A DNA stretch of 64,000 nucleotides from Lingula anatina. Taxonomy: Eukaryota > Animalia > Brachiopoda. Every line of letters starts with the position of its first letter. The first letter of the stretch is position 1. The stretch is from assembly GCA_051362555.1 (NCBI GenBank), contig JBPQGU010000016.1:6138001-6202000 (forward strand), written 5' to 3'. The position numbers and the translations under genes were made by a program. Below are positions 14,384 through 26,698 of the stretch, piece after piece. The notes under the pieces are model-generated. The model did not search any database and had not been told where the DNA came from. It saw only the letters and a list, made by a program, of their open reading frames with translations.

Positions 14384-14735
14384 GATTCTTATATGGCGCC
14401 TTACATTCTATCTCAAGGCGCCTTACAATAATGGCTAATATACTAAAATCATTAAAATGACTACAATATTTTAATCATAAACTCTCATTGGAAACCATTT
14501 AAAATTTACACTACTAAAAATCAATCTTATTTAAAAAAAAAAAAAACATATATATATTAAAATAAAATCTAAGAGATATAGACAGAATTAAAAAAAGTGG
14601 GTCTTTAAAAGAGATTTAAAATTGTCAAAGTCTTCTGTTTTCCTAATAAAATTTGGTAGACCATTCCACACATTTGGGGCGTAGATTATAAAAGCACGAT
14701 CTCCATAACTTTTTAGGCACCCCTTCTCTAAAAAG
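14346..14735 (-). mobile_element. 5'-truncated LINE (L2/CR1-group) 3' end
   Basis: Minus strand encodes YGDRAFIIYAPNVWNGLPNFIRKTEDFDNFKSLLKTHFF, typical of L2/CR1-group ORF2 C-termini. It has a (TTA)n tail and an 8-bp TSD CACTTACT (14338-14345 and 14736-14743). Confidence 0.85.
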
Positions 14736-16619
14736 CACTTACTGTTCTCAAACAGTACAGTAAATATGTACAGATGTGTCTCTACATATTGCCATCACCT
14801 GCATCTGTCGTTGCCGTCACTGTAGCTGTCGCCGGCGCCGTGCACTTTCATTGTAAACACGATAAGTGAAAGGCAGTTTTCCTTTTTGGCTGTATATTTA
14901 CAGAGCTGATGAATATTCATAAAACGCAGGTCAAGTTCGAAAATCAGCATGATGGGGCCATTATTGTAGAAGTTATACTGTTTTTTCACTTTTCAGCATA
15001 TATGCAACACTGTAAACACATTTCAAGGAAAACCGATAGGCCTGTTGTTATGCAACTCACAGGAGTAATTGATCTTACTATAACGCAGGTCAAATTCGAA
15101 AATCGGCATGATCGGGCCACTATTTTAGTAGTTATGCTTTTTTTTTTTCACTTTTCAGCATATATCCAACACTGTAAACACAAAATAAGAAAAACAGATA
15201 CACCAATTGTCATTAAACTCACAAGAGTGGTCATTCCTGCTAAAACGCAGGTTGAGTTCAAAAATCGGCATAATCGGGGCCATTATTTTGAAGAAATGCT
15301 GTTTTTTCACATTTCCTCAGATTCAATTCTTAGGCATGTTAACAGTCTCATTATTTAATTAATAAGATATGTAAAAGTGTTTGTTTGGCATTTCCTGCAT
15401 CTTTACAACATTATTAGTTGATTATGTAAAAATGATGGTAAGCTTGTTATCGTGTATTGTGTAATAAAGTTTCAAAAATATAAATAAACTCATATCATTG
15501 CAGTTTGTCAGATTCAATCATTCACTATGTTCAGAATCTCAGAATGGAAGAAATTGGACATTTAACACTGCTCTATTGATATTTTTCCCATCTCATCAAT
15601 TTTCTTAGTTGATCATATAAAAACGGCAGTAAACTGTTAATTTTGTTTTATGTTAAAAATTGTTAAAAATGGGAAAAAAAAATATTTCAGAACAGTGCTG
15701 TCTTGTTTGCATTTTGACATTTTCAAGTTGTGGCTTTAAAGTTCCATGGGCCTGAAGACCTTTGTTAGTCTCATTTTCTGAATATCCATTATACTAATAT
15801 TTTATTATCAAAATTGATGGTCATTATGCTGTTAAACATTATGTAATATTGCATCAAAATTTGAAAAAAAAACTATTTTGGGCACTGATCCCATGATGAC
15901 CATTTAAGAAAAACCATGTCACTTACTGTTCTCAAACTTACAGGAAAGAAACATGGGACTAAAATACAGCTTCAGTAGGCAATGCAATCTGTTTGGTAAT
16001 TCTTATTGCCAGTTAAACAGTTTTTTTGTGAAAATTTAATTTTTCACTTATTGGCATTTTCAAGGTGTGACTTTGAAGTTCCACGGGCTTGAAGACCCAT
16101 GCTAGTCACATTTTTTGAAAATCCATGATACGTATATTTTATTATTAAAAATTGACGGTCATTATGCTGTTGACCATTACGTAATTTGGCATCAGAATAG
16201 AAGAAAACACAATTTTGGGTGCTGCTGCCATGATGACCATTATGGGAAAACCATGTTACTTATGATTGCCAAACTTTCAAAATAGAAATATAGGACTAAA
16301 ATGCAGCCTGAGTTGGAAAAGCAGTCTAATTGGCTTCTTTTTCTGGAAGTTATACATTTTCAAAGTGTGAACTTTTTACACATATTACTTACATTGGTAT
16401 TACCTGTTGAGCATAATTAAAATTTGATGTTGAATTTGCAGTTTAATATAATGTACTTTTGCATCAGAATTGACAGTAGCCTATTTTGTGCAAAGTTATT
16501 TCCTGTTTTTTGTCTGTACATTTGACAGCTTTGCTGCCTTGTTGTTATTTCAATTAATTTCTTCCATACAAAATTTATGACACATTATCATAACACAAAA
16601 AATTAACAAAGCTACACCC

Positions 16620-17500
16620 ATTTTAGTTCCTAATATCTCCAAAACTGGCCCATAGTAACCATTGAACTTATTCCCGTAGTTAGTATTGAATTTGAATAGG
16701 AAGTCCTATACTGGCAATCTTACTGTTATCTTGAAATTGACCTTTGACCTACTTTTCATCATAAACTGAACTTTGCAACTTTTTTATCTGTTATATCTCC
16801 AAAACTAGCAGAGATATGCCCATAGTTGCAACTTTTTTTATCTGTTATATCTCCAAAACTAGCAGAGATATGCCCATAGTTACAATTGAACTTGAATAGG
16901 AAGTCATTTACTGATAATTTAACTGTGACCTTAAAATTCACCTTAGACCTACTATTCACCATGAACTGAACTTTGCAACTTTTTTATCTGTTATATCTCC
17001 AAAACTAGCAGAGATATGCCCATAGTTACAATTGAACTTGAATAGGAAATGATATACTGGCAATTTGTGATCTTGAAATTGGCCTTTGACCTACTTTTTC
17101 GCCATGAACTGCACTTCATATATTTGGATTTAAAGGGATAATAACTCTTCGTATGAGATCTATATTTCACAATAAAAACATTGTGAACAACTCATAGAAA
17201 TATAATAGATTCTGTTGTACCACAAAAACGGCAGTTATAGCTATTATTCTGATACCTGAGTATGTCTTGAGACCACGTAACTTACATTGATGGCTATACT
17301 CTATTATAATCTCTTTAAATGGGAATTTTCAACAAAATATTTAGAACTTTTGTTTACTTCATTTTGTAGATCTTGTCAAGCACAATACTGGAGGTGGTTT
17401 CCCTTTTATTTATTTATTATTTTTTTGCTTTTCCATACAAATGCGCTTACTCCAGCTGGTGGTACAATACCTGGAGGCGGTGTCACCTCTCTGATCCTCT
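16620..17500 (+). repeat. ~120-bp tandem repeat family plus a tail shared with 6670-6968
   Basis: Matches the 5350-5935 subunits; 17355-17500 matches 6835-6968. Confidence 0.7.
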
Positions 17501-18605
17501 AGTTATTTTTTGCTTTTTGTCTGTCCATTTGACAGGTTTGTCGCCTTGTTTATTTCTTTAAAGTTAATGCTTGTAGAGATACCTTTGATTTTTTTTGTGT
17601 TTTTTAAAAATCTGTTTGAATATATTTTGTCAAATGATTGTATTGCAAAAATAAGTGTTGTTTCCTGAAAAGGGACTGTGTATGCCATTTTTTTGGCAAG
17701 AAAATAATTTTTTAAACAATCATATTTAAGTTGGCTTTGGTATTTTTTTCAATTTATTTTGGTTGGTCAAAAAGAATTGAAGCAACCCAGTATTGGCAAC
17801 ATTGATTCACAGCAGCATGCAGTGATATTGTGACTTCTTAACTGTAAATAGAATGTTTTTTGATTGTTGCATAAGTTATCACATATAGTCTATAAAGTGC
17901 CCCTTGATATTGTTTCAAACCATTTCCATTTTTGCAAGTGTAAGTTCTGCATGTAGATTTCACTAAAAGAAGAATAAATTAATAATATTGATGGATATTA
18001 ACCACACTAAATGTACAACATATTTGTAAGTCATCAGTAAAAAACAATTCTTTGTCCTTTTGGAACAATTTATACCTTTTAACGGAAAGGAAGGCCTAAT
18101 TTGGCCTTGGCATTTTTGAGGGGCTTGACTTGGTTTTGTACGTACCAGTAATCACTTGTGCTCTTCTATCTTCCCTTTGATAGTAACAGCCAAGTAGTCA
18201 TCATGACCGTTCCTATTGGCGGGCCAACTCACCACATTGATAGGAAACAAGAGTTCCAATTTAAATGTTGAAATCAAGGCATATTGGCAAGTTGACAGAT
18301 ACAGAAGTAATTACTTTCATTTGGGAAACTGGAGTTCATAACACTCCCACTATTTTACACTTGCAAAAATGGAATAGCATGCTCATTTCTAAATGTATTT
18401 TCCGGTCAGACCTTATGGACTATTATGTCAATAATAATTCATTTTGTATATTATATATAAAATATAAATACTAAAGTTTGCACAGTTTCATATGTTTGTT
18501 TCTTGAACATACTGTGATATTGTAAATAATTGAATATTTTGTTTTTGATTCTCTAAATGAAGCTAAAAGAAAATTGTCAAACTTGTGATGTTTGTTTCTT
18601 TGCAG

Positions 18606-18759
18606 ATGAGAAAAAGAAAGATGGTGGTCTGACTGCTGGACACATTGTGGGAATAGTAATAACAGCCTTTGTTGTCTTTGTTGGACTCATTGCTTCTATT
18701 ATAATTATAATTGTTATTGTTGCCATATGTAAGAAAATTATGGCCAGAGTTGGTCAAAG
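18606..18759 (+). CDS. Transmembrane exon, probably of the Ig-domain gene
   Basis: tttgcag acceptor, phase 1, compatible with the donor after 7930. Encodes DEKKKDGGLTAGHIVGIVITAFVVFVGLIASIIIIIVIVAICKK. The donor is uncertain (GTAAGA at 18729 or GTGAAG at 18760), or the ORF stops at 18763. Confidence 0.75.
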
Positions 18760-20901
18760 GTGAAGTTGGACATTTAATGGTTGTAAATATTTTTGTACAT
18801 TTTGTATTATCTGTTGGTATGCATGGATGAAAAAAATGCTCTAGGTAAAGGTTATGATGAAAATGCTGGTTAAAATCAACAAACTTTATTTACTTTATTA
18901 TGTAATACTCTGTGTTGAAATTTGACAAGGTTAAATATTATTTTTTCCAATGCTATAAGAAGCTACTACAGTATAAGCTCTTTAGTGAGTTCTTTGTGTT
19001 ATTTCTGTAAGGCATTTTGCCACAAAGGTGTAACAATTGGCACAGTCCATAGGATACTCCAGTAGTAGTTGTGTAGCTAATGTTTTCTTAAAAGAATTAA
19101 GAGCGACTAGCCTCTATGTTACATATGTGTTAAAATACTATGTAAGTGGTGTTAAGACTCGCTTACGTATACATTTAGAACTTACCTAGCCTGATGTGAT
19201 ATTGAGCTGAAGTGACGAAACCAGTGCATACGTAGCCTCCGCTGGGTGTGAGTGGATGCAGTAGTTGAGATCGTACATTTAAATGGGAAGATGAATGTTA
19301 CATAGATGACTCATTTTGTATGTTTCAGTGACATCACATATGCTCCATAACACTGGACCTGCGGCCATGTTGGAGAGAAAGAACGGTGGGGAATAGTAGC
19401 ATTAATATAGGTGAACCAAATATAATAAAATAAACGTCATATAATTATGGAGTACAGCAAAGGGAAAAACATATATACATATATGGAGAAGCTTCAGTTG
19501 ATCAACGGGATCAACCCATATGAACTCAAGCCAGTCTTAAGACATGAAATTGCTACCAAATGTGACTTATTCCAACATCGGGTGCATACATCTATATTCC
19601 AAGTGACTTTTGTTCCAAGGGACTCCAAAGATCCGCTATTTGGAATTGAGCATGCGCTGCACATACTGCTATCAAGAATTTGTTCTGTATACCTGATATA
19701 CTAACATACACATTGCAAAATATCAAATTTAATTGAGGTTAAAACCCCTCTCTGCACATGCAAGTAATAACACTGATTTTAAGCACAGCAATTCTGTTTT
19801 GGAACAGCAGACCCTCAGCCTAAAAAAACAATTTGAATATCGGGTCCTCTAACCTTTGGATTATCGAACTCTCGGAACAGCGGTCCATTTTTTAACTTGG
19901 CTCCTACAATCTTTGGAATATCGGACCCTTGGAACAAGAAACCCTTGAAATATAAGGCGTACCCCCCGGCATTGTGGAGTGTTTAGTTATCTTGTACTTC
20001 TATTTTTTTTCATTGGGAAACAACATATTTATAGTTTGAGAGAGTTTAATGTGCAAACATAAGGTCAACCTTTCATAGAAGCAACAATTTTTCATAAAGG
20101 ATAGATTGAAGGAGCTGATCATCAGGATCGGACTTCATTGACTCAAGGAAGAATGTATTGAGGATTATCGATTGACACGAAATATTGCTGCCAGATATGA
20201 CTTATCCTTACATCGTGAAACTGTCAGAAATTATCTCAGCATTCTTGTACTTCATTTTTGTTCATTAGGAAGAAGCAAGGCATTTTTCACAATTGTTACT
20301 TTTGCATTTATTTTATCCAATGTAAAATAATAATAATAATAATAATAATAATACAATTCATGAATTAGTCCTCATTTCTGCATTCATTTGCTTTAACATA
20401 AAGGAAATTTGCACATTTTGTATGTATAAAAGTAAACATCAAATGCAAAACATTGTTCACACACTGTTTCACAATTCAATGAAAGATTATCAGGGCCCTT
20501 TCTTTTTGGTTGATAACACTGATGTGAAAAATATTTACATATTTTCAATGATGCAGTGCAACATGTACATGGATTATGTTAAGCCAGGTTAAGTGACCAT
20601 AATTTGAGGAATCTGCTAAGTACCTCTGTAGTTACACTTCATTTCATAGTGATAACAAAAGTGGTGTAGTTTAAGAGAAAAGAAATTGAACTCACATAAC
20701 TCAACCTATCAACAACAGTATGTTAGACCTACAAATGAAAACTGTATCTCTTTCAACTCAACAACTCAGAATCAAAATCGCAGTTCTGACATATGTACAC
20801 TTGGTCAACCTAAGTGTAACTGCCCGCGATATTTTATTTTATTTTATTTACTTATTTATTTCTCATTATTCATGCGAAGTACTTTTTCCGTTCTTTCTCT
20901 G

Positions 20902-20902
<1 letters not shown>

Positions 20903-20937
<35 letters not shown>
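20903..20937. repeat. (CT)n microsatellite
   Basis: Visible directly in the sequence. Confidence 0.9.
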
Positions 20938-20939
<2 letters not shown>

Positions 20940-21489
20940 CTCTCGCTCTACTAATTATAACGTTACAGGCCACCGCACTTACCTAACCGCACCGTCACAT
21001 GCCTGTACCACTCCCTGCACTGAACAGTTTTCATTCCACTGCATATATAAGGCTTCCTCTCTATTTCTTTTTGCTCACTTCACTTTCTTACACAGAACGG
21101 TACGGGTACTCTAACGACACCATTTTAGCTCACCCAGTCGGAGGAAAAGGTAACTATTTCAACGATAACGTAAATTTCTCTGGCTTTGGGTCTTTCAACG
21201 TTTCTATCTATCCTTTTATAACGAAATTAGCACACTTGGTAGGGGATAAGTCAAATTATTTCAACGCTAAAGTAACGTAAACTTCTCCGGCTTTGGGTCT
21301 TTGTAACGTTTCCGTCTATCCTTTTTCTTACACTTTCATATGTACTTCGTGTAAATTTGTTATCAGTTTTTAGGTTATTTTGTATTTTAATTTGTTTTCA
21401 GTAATTTTCGCTACATTTTTTGTTCTATTATTTATTTTGTTTTATTTCATTTTTCTTTCAGTTTTATGTTTGAATTCAATAAATTCGAT

Positions 21490-22888
21490 CAGTAAACGAG
21501 ACTTCCCTTTTTTGACTGAGTGCAGCTACACTTAGTACAGTCTTCATGTGGCCACTTTAGACAAACAATGCATTTAACCCATTTCTCTTTTGGTCGGCTG
21601 TTAATGAACGGCTCCCCACAAACCAGAGATGGCCACTCTTCTTCTGACTCAGAATCGTTGGTCATCTTTAATTTCCTTTTTCTTGATTTTGTCTATCGAC
21701 TAGAAATCTTTAACTGTTTTTTATTTTTGTTGCGCTTGTCCTTTTTAATTTTGTTGGGCTTGGCCTTTTCTTTTTCGAGTAGCTCATTTTCAGGTGTGTC
21801 AGTAAGTACTGCACTGCATCGTTTTCTTCTTATAATCTTTGGACTGCGACGGTGAGCCTTTGGAACCGGTCTAATTATTGCTGGACTTGAGCTGTTTTGG
21901 GGTTTTCTTAAGTGCGCTTTAGTGTGCTGTAGCACCTCTTCCGGTGAGGGCAACTGAGATTTCAACTGAATATATGCCTAAGTTACGAGGTGAATGTTCG
22001 TCTTTTCTGGCGGATTTTGTGCCCTCGTTCACTAAACATTAACAGCAACCCCCAACCCATTACACAAAGCATTTAAAACAATATCGGCAGAATTGGTGTT
22101 GTATAGTTTATCCATAACATAGGCTCTCAGCTAGAATATTTTCATTTTGCCGCGAAAAGCAGAGTAATAATCGACATTTCCTTCCACATCTAAAAGCAAT
22201 TTATCGCAAAAAGCAACAGTGGGCATGCAGACCCCTTTCGACCAAACAGCTAGCAACTGCATTTAACAAGCAGTGACCATCCCCCCTTGTATCTTCTATA
22301 CACGCATGTAGGCCTACATTCCGGCATCTTGGAGATGTTCTATCAGCTAGATTTCGTCTCCAGTTGGAGTTGTACTGGGTTACTACGTTACTACTCTCTT
22401 CAAAGTTGAAATTAAAACATTTAGAGAGGTTTAAAAAAATGAAAAACACCGTGCGGGGTGGATTGGAACACCCCTGACAGTGTTCCAACTGGCCCCATGT
22501 CAAATGTTCCGACCAGCACCCATGACGTCATGGCTTACTTATGCCACTGTATTTCTTTAACATGTGGGAAGTGATTAAAAAAAACAACAGATTTTTTAAC
22601 ATCAAGGTGGTCCTAAACGCTTTTCACAATTTCAGTGATATAATCCTTATACTTTAGTTTACAGCACGATGAATGTCAAAAATATGAAAACTTACTTCGA
22701 GTAGCGAAAATAAGTTTTTTTCGCATAAAACTTTTACTGCATTTTCGAAACTTCCACAAGTTTACCGGATGAATGACCATGCCACGTGACATTTTTATGC
22801 TGAAGGAGCACATGATCGGCTTGTGATGTAAGAAATAAAGCCAATGCTCCAACTTACCCGCGTTCCAACCCACCCCACTCTCCCCTAC
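21490..22888 (-). mobile_element. Degraded pogo-like (DDE_1) DNA transposon: C-terminal remnant and probable terminus
   Basis: Minus strand encodes SAVLTDTPE.. followed by a PHD-like WVKCIVCLKWPHEDC, as seen at the C-terminus of invertebrate pogo-like transposases. A TAGGGGAGAGTGGGG terminus-like sequence lies at ~22873-22887. Confidence 0.55.
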
Positions 22889-23730
22889 TTGCAAAATTAA
22901 ATTACTCTTAACACTTCACCTTATCTAAAACCATCTCTACTTCTATGTCTAAAACCAAGGAGTTATAACAGAAGGAGATTACACGCGTGGGGGCGGAGCC
23001 CGTATTACGGTCTCTCATTGGTCGGAATGAATAGAACCCAGAGAACAATGGATGCCTATCTCTGTTACGCTTAATTGCTACTCTCGTTTAAATCTCGTTT
23101 GTTAGTATCTGTGCCTTCGTCTGTTGATTTTTGAGGTCAGAAACAGAAACGGAGTCCCAAGTTTCTAAAAAATGAGAGAAATACAGAATTTATATGATAT
23201 TACGTTGGACAAGGTTTTCAAAAAACAGGTAAGTGCTTTTAAATGCATAACTACACGTAATATGAAGATAAATTGCAACTTTTATGTCGTAGGGTCTCAC
23301 TGTGTAAGTGTCCAGCTACATGTTGATCTCGCGAGGTGGTGTGTGGAGAATAAATATTGCACGAAAAATATTTCCCACTCATAACAAGTGCCTATAAATA
23401 TAGTATCAGATGAAGAAAGTTTGGTCTTTATACAGTTGCAATTGTTAAGTAATTTGTGGCAATAGCAAAGAGTAAAACTTAGGTGCACTTTCAGTAGCCG
23501 AATAACAAGCAGATGCTTAAGCCGCCATCTTGTTAATATTTCGAAAAAAAATTACTCCAAAAGACATTTTCCTCCTACTTTTTGAAACTTGTGTCACATG
23601 ACAGTCATAAAATTTAACTAATTGTTATGTGTGCAACACACTTGCTTGAGCAGTATTGTTTTTTTTTGCGATTTTACATGTGGTCTAGCTTGGATACGAC
23701 AATTGACAATTTTCATGAGTTCCGATCAAA

Positions 23731-25615
23731 AAGTGTTGGGGGTGGTCGGCTCATGTGTTGGGGGTGGTCGGCTCATGCCCTAGTTAGATTCCACTTTACC
23801 AAAATAACACGATTCAGAGCTGGGCCTCTGAGGACGTGTATTTTGACAGCGCCCCTTGCATGATTGAGAGCGACTTTTTGAGTGTGTAAGGCTTCTCGCC
23901 TTTATTATGAGGAAAGATCGTCTCTGATAGGAGGGTAGGTGTCTCACCTACATAGTATGAGATTTATAGATACCGATCTACATAGGGTGCCCTGAAAAGG
24001 GCATTTCGTGATTGGCACGATCGAGGCGTCTCGCCTTTCGAGGGAGGGGGGAGGGTGGACTGGTTGCAGAAAGCGCTTTTCGGTCAACAAGTGACCTTCA
24101 TCAGCTGCAGAGTCCGAGATAAAAAAAAAAGGAAAATTTTGGGACGTAGGGGCTGGTAAGCAAAGGTGTCTCGCCTTTGTTTAGTAAGTTTTCATCAATG
24201 GTGTCTCGCCATTGTGAATGATACGAGCCATCTCGGCTTAAAGTATCATGCTTTGTTCAGTCAGTTTTCATCAATGGTGTCTCGCCATTGTGAATGATAC
24301 GAGCCATCTCGGCTTTATAGTATCATGCTTGATCACAAGTGTCTCGCTTGTGTCAAGGTGGACGGTATGAATTGAGCGTGTGAATGGCTCAAGAGTCGGT
24401 GGTCGACTGAGGATTTGTCGAAATTGTGTCAAGTGCGAGAACGAGGCCGGGGTCTGATTGGTTGTTTTAGTTATGAGTTTTGATTGGCTGTTCTCGTGGT
24501 GCATCTTGATCCTATCTGTTTAGTTGTAGTTTGTTTGGTTTCATATTTGGCAAGGTTTTTTAACCTCGGATCAAATTTATAGTATTCTAATGCTGTGCAT
24601 ATGCGTGTTAACACTGAGCTTTCATTTGCTTAGTTTGTCTGTATAGTTTTCGGGCACCTTTTTTAATTTTGGAAGGCTTTGTCCTTGTTGCTTAGAGTAA
24701 AGTGGAGAAGGCATCTCGCCTTTTATTTGCGATGTGTGTGTCTTAAAAATAGACTGTGCCCTGTAATCGTTTAAAATTTGGTCTAAGTGGAATTGGGGCA
24801 TTTTGCTTTATCTCCAGAATGACTTTTTTCTTTATTGATTATAAATAAGTGTGGGGAGGGCATCTCGCCCTTTATTAGCGGTGTGATTTATTGCGCTCTA
24901 TTAGAACATTCAGGTTTAGCTTTTCCTGGTAGAGATGGTTGGCCCTGAAAAGGGCCGTTTTTCGAGGACGTAGGACCAGTGGCTTCTATTTTACAGTGTA
25001 GCTTTCTTTGCTGAGGTCAATCTTCGTTTCACTTTGCTGGCTAGCACGCGGCTTTTCTTCTTGTCCTTCATCGCTAGAATGAGGAGTCTCATTTGCTCCA
25101 TGATCTGGTTGTTGGCGGTCGTTGTTGCTGAGGTTCGGTTTTCTGGCGCGTATACACCGTGGATGTTGAAGTGCTCTTCCGCCCTGGATTCTCTCTCTTC
25201 TGCCTTTGCTAAGCTTTCCTTAGCTTTGTCAACGAACGCTTGCGTGTGGGCCTCGATCAGAGATTTAAGATCCGTTGCGGCCTTGTCTTGTATGTTGATC
25301 ATTGCTGCCAAGAGGACGTCGTCATCGGGGCATCCCCTGAAGTCTACACGGCATCTCACATGGTGGGCGTTGTTGCCGAGTTGTTTGAGCAGGTGGTCTG
25401 CCCAGTCAGAGCAGCCTTTCAGGTAAGTTTTTGCTCTAACGACTTCGTCGTGGTAGGGATTCCCGTTGATTCCTGGAGGGCCGGCTGTAATTGGCGCTGG
25501 TCTCTTGGGAATTCTCGCCCTGGGTGGTGCAGTGCTATGCCAGTTTTTTGATTCCATTTTTCTAGGTCCTTTCCATTCTCTAGGAGATCGTTTTCCTCTA
25601 AAACTTGTTTGTTTG
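23731..25615 (-). mobile_element. Diverged inverted partial copy of the 2575-bp hammerhead element (ORF to 3' end)
   Basis: Reverse complement aligns to the array unit with scattered substitutions and lacks one ~150-bp internal subrepeat. It ends in a tandemly duplicated 22-mer (23734-23777). Confidence 0.9.
24065..24109 (-). ncRNA. Minimal type-I hammerhead ribozyme
   Basis: Minus strand reads UGCAG-CUGAUGA-A-GGUCA-CUUGU-UGACC-GAAA-AGCGCU-UU-CUGCA. It is identical to the array copies although the flanks have diverged. Confidence 0.85.
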
Positions 25616-25638
25616 AGTGTTGGGGGTGGTGGGCTCAT
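24991..25638 (-). CDS. Basic/coiled-coil protein, diverged paralogue of the array ORF (likely start ATG at 25557, 188 aa)
   Basis: Aligns without gaps to the 209-aa array ORF with about 20 substitutions. The first ~9 codons come from across the junction at ~25615. Confidence 0.7.
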   Translation of the reverse strand: MSPPPPTLKQTSFRGKRSPREWKGPRKMESKNWHSTAPPRARIPKRPAPITAGPPGINGNPYHDEVVRAKTYLKGCSDWADHLLKQLGNNAHHVRCRVDFRGCPDDDVLLAAMINIQDKAATDLKSLIEAHTQAFVDKAKESLAKAEERESRAEEHFNIHGVYAPENRTSATTTANNQIMEQMRLLILAMKDKKKSRVLASKVKRRLTSAKKATL

Positions 25639-26084
25639 GACCTAGTTAGATTCCACTTTACCAGAATAACACGATTCAGAGCTGGGCCTCTGAGGACGTG
25701 TATTTTTACAGCGCCCCTTGCAGAGTAGACAGCGGCTCTTAGAGTGTGTTAGGCTTTTCGCCTTTATTATGAGAACCACTTGTCTTAGATAGGAAGGTAG
25801 GTGTCTCGCCTGCCTGGTATGAGATACATAGTCACTTATATATGTAGGGTGCCCTGAAAAGGACATTCCGTGCTGAGTAGAGAGCGACTCTTAGAGTGTG
25901 TTAGGCTTCTCGCCTTTATTATAGGGAAAGAGCGTCTAAATATAAGAGAGTAGGTGTCTCGCCTACTTCGTATGAGATTTATAGATACCGATCTACACAG
26001 GGGGCCCTGAAAAGGGCATTTCGTGATTGGCACAATAGAGGCGTCTCGCCTGTCGAGGGAAGGGGGAGGGTGGACTGGTTGCAG
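25616..26084 (-). mobile_element. Inverted 469-bp segment running from the ribozyme cleavage site to the element 3' end (pseudo-LTR-like)
   Basis: Reverse complement of 26694-27162; no differences seen by eye. Confidence 0.9.
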
Positions 26085-26653
26085 CCTTCCAAAATTAAAA
26101 GAGGTGCCCGAAACCTATACAGACCATCCCGGCAAATGAAAATTCAGTGTTAACACGCAAATGCACAGCATAAGAATACTAATAAATTTGATCCGAGGTT
26201 AAAAAACCTTGCCAAAAATGAAACCAAATAAACTACATCTAAACAGATAGGATCAAGATACACCACGAGAACAGCCAATCAAAACTCATAACTGAAACAA
26301 CCAATCAGATCGCGGCCTCGTTCTCGATTTGACACAATTTCAACAAATCCTCAGTCGACCTCCGACTCTTGAGCCATTCACACGCTCGATTCATACCGTC
26401 CACTTTGACACAAGCGAGACACTTGTGATCAAGCATGTTACTATAAAGCCGAGATGGCTTGTATCATTCACAATGGCGAGACACCATTGATGAAAATCAC
26501 TAAACAAAGCATGATACTTAAAAGCCGAGATGGCCCGTATCATCCACAATGGCGAGACACCATTGATGAAAACTTACTAAACAAAGGCGAGACACCTTTG
26601 CTTACCAGCCCTTACGTCCCTAAATTTTTCCTTTTTTTTCTTGAATCGGACTC

Positions 26654-26698
26654 TGCAGCTGATGAAGGTCACTTGTTGACCGAAAAGCGCTTTCTGCA
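26654..26698 (+). ncRNA. Minimal type-I hammerhead ribozyme (unit 1); predicted cleavage after 26693
   Basis: Stem I TGCAG/CTGCA; core CTGATGA plus one extra A; stem II GGTCA/TGACC; GAAA; palindromic stem III AAGCGCTT; UUU triplet. Confidence 0.85.

Larger units (their letters stand above)
11612..16545 (+). repeat. Two adjacent copies of the composite repeat, interrupted by two younger insertions
   Basis: Collinear with 1727-4290 once 12065-13947 and 14346-14735 are removed. Confidence 0.8.

Noticed and set aside
19447-19704. 85-aa ORF with YMEKLQLINGINPY, reminiscent of transposon-associated proteins
   Set aside because: Too short and degenerate to support a call.
20815-21490. Possible solo LTR (TGTAAC start, TATA-like motif, AATAAA, internal ~120-bp duplication)
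   Set aside because: No matching CA end or TSD could be defined.
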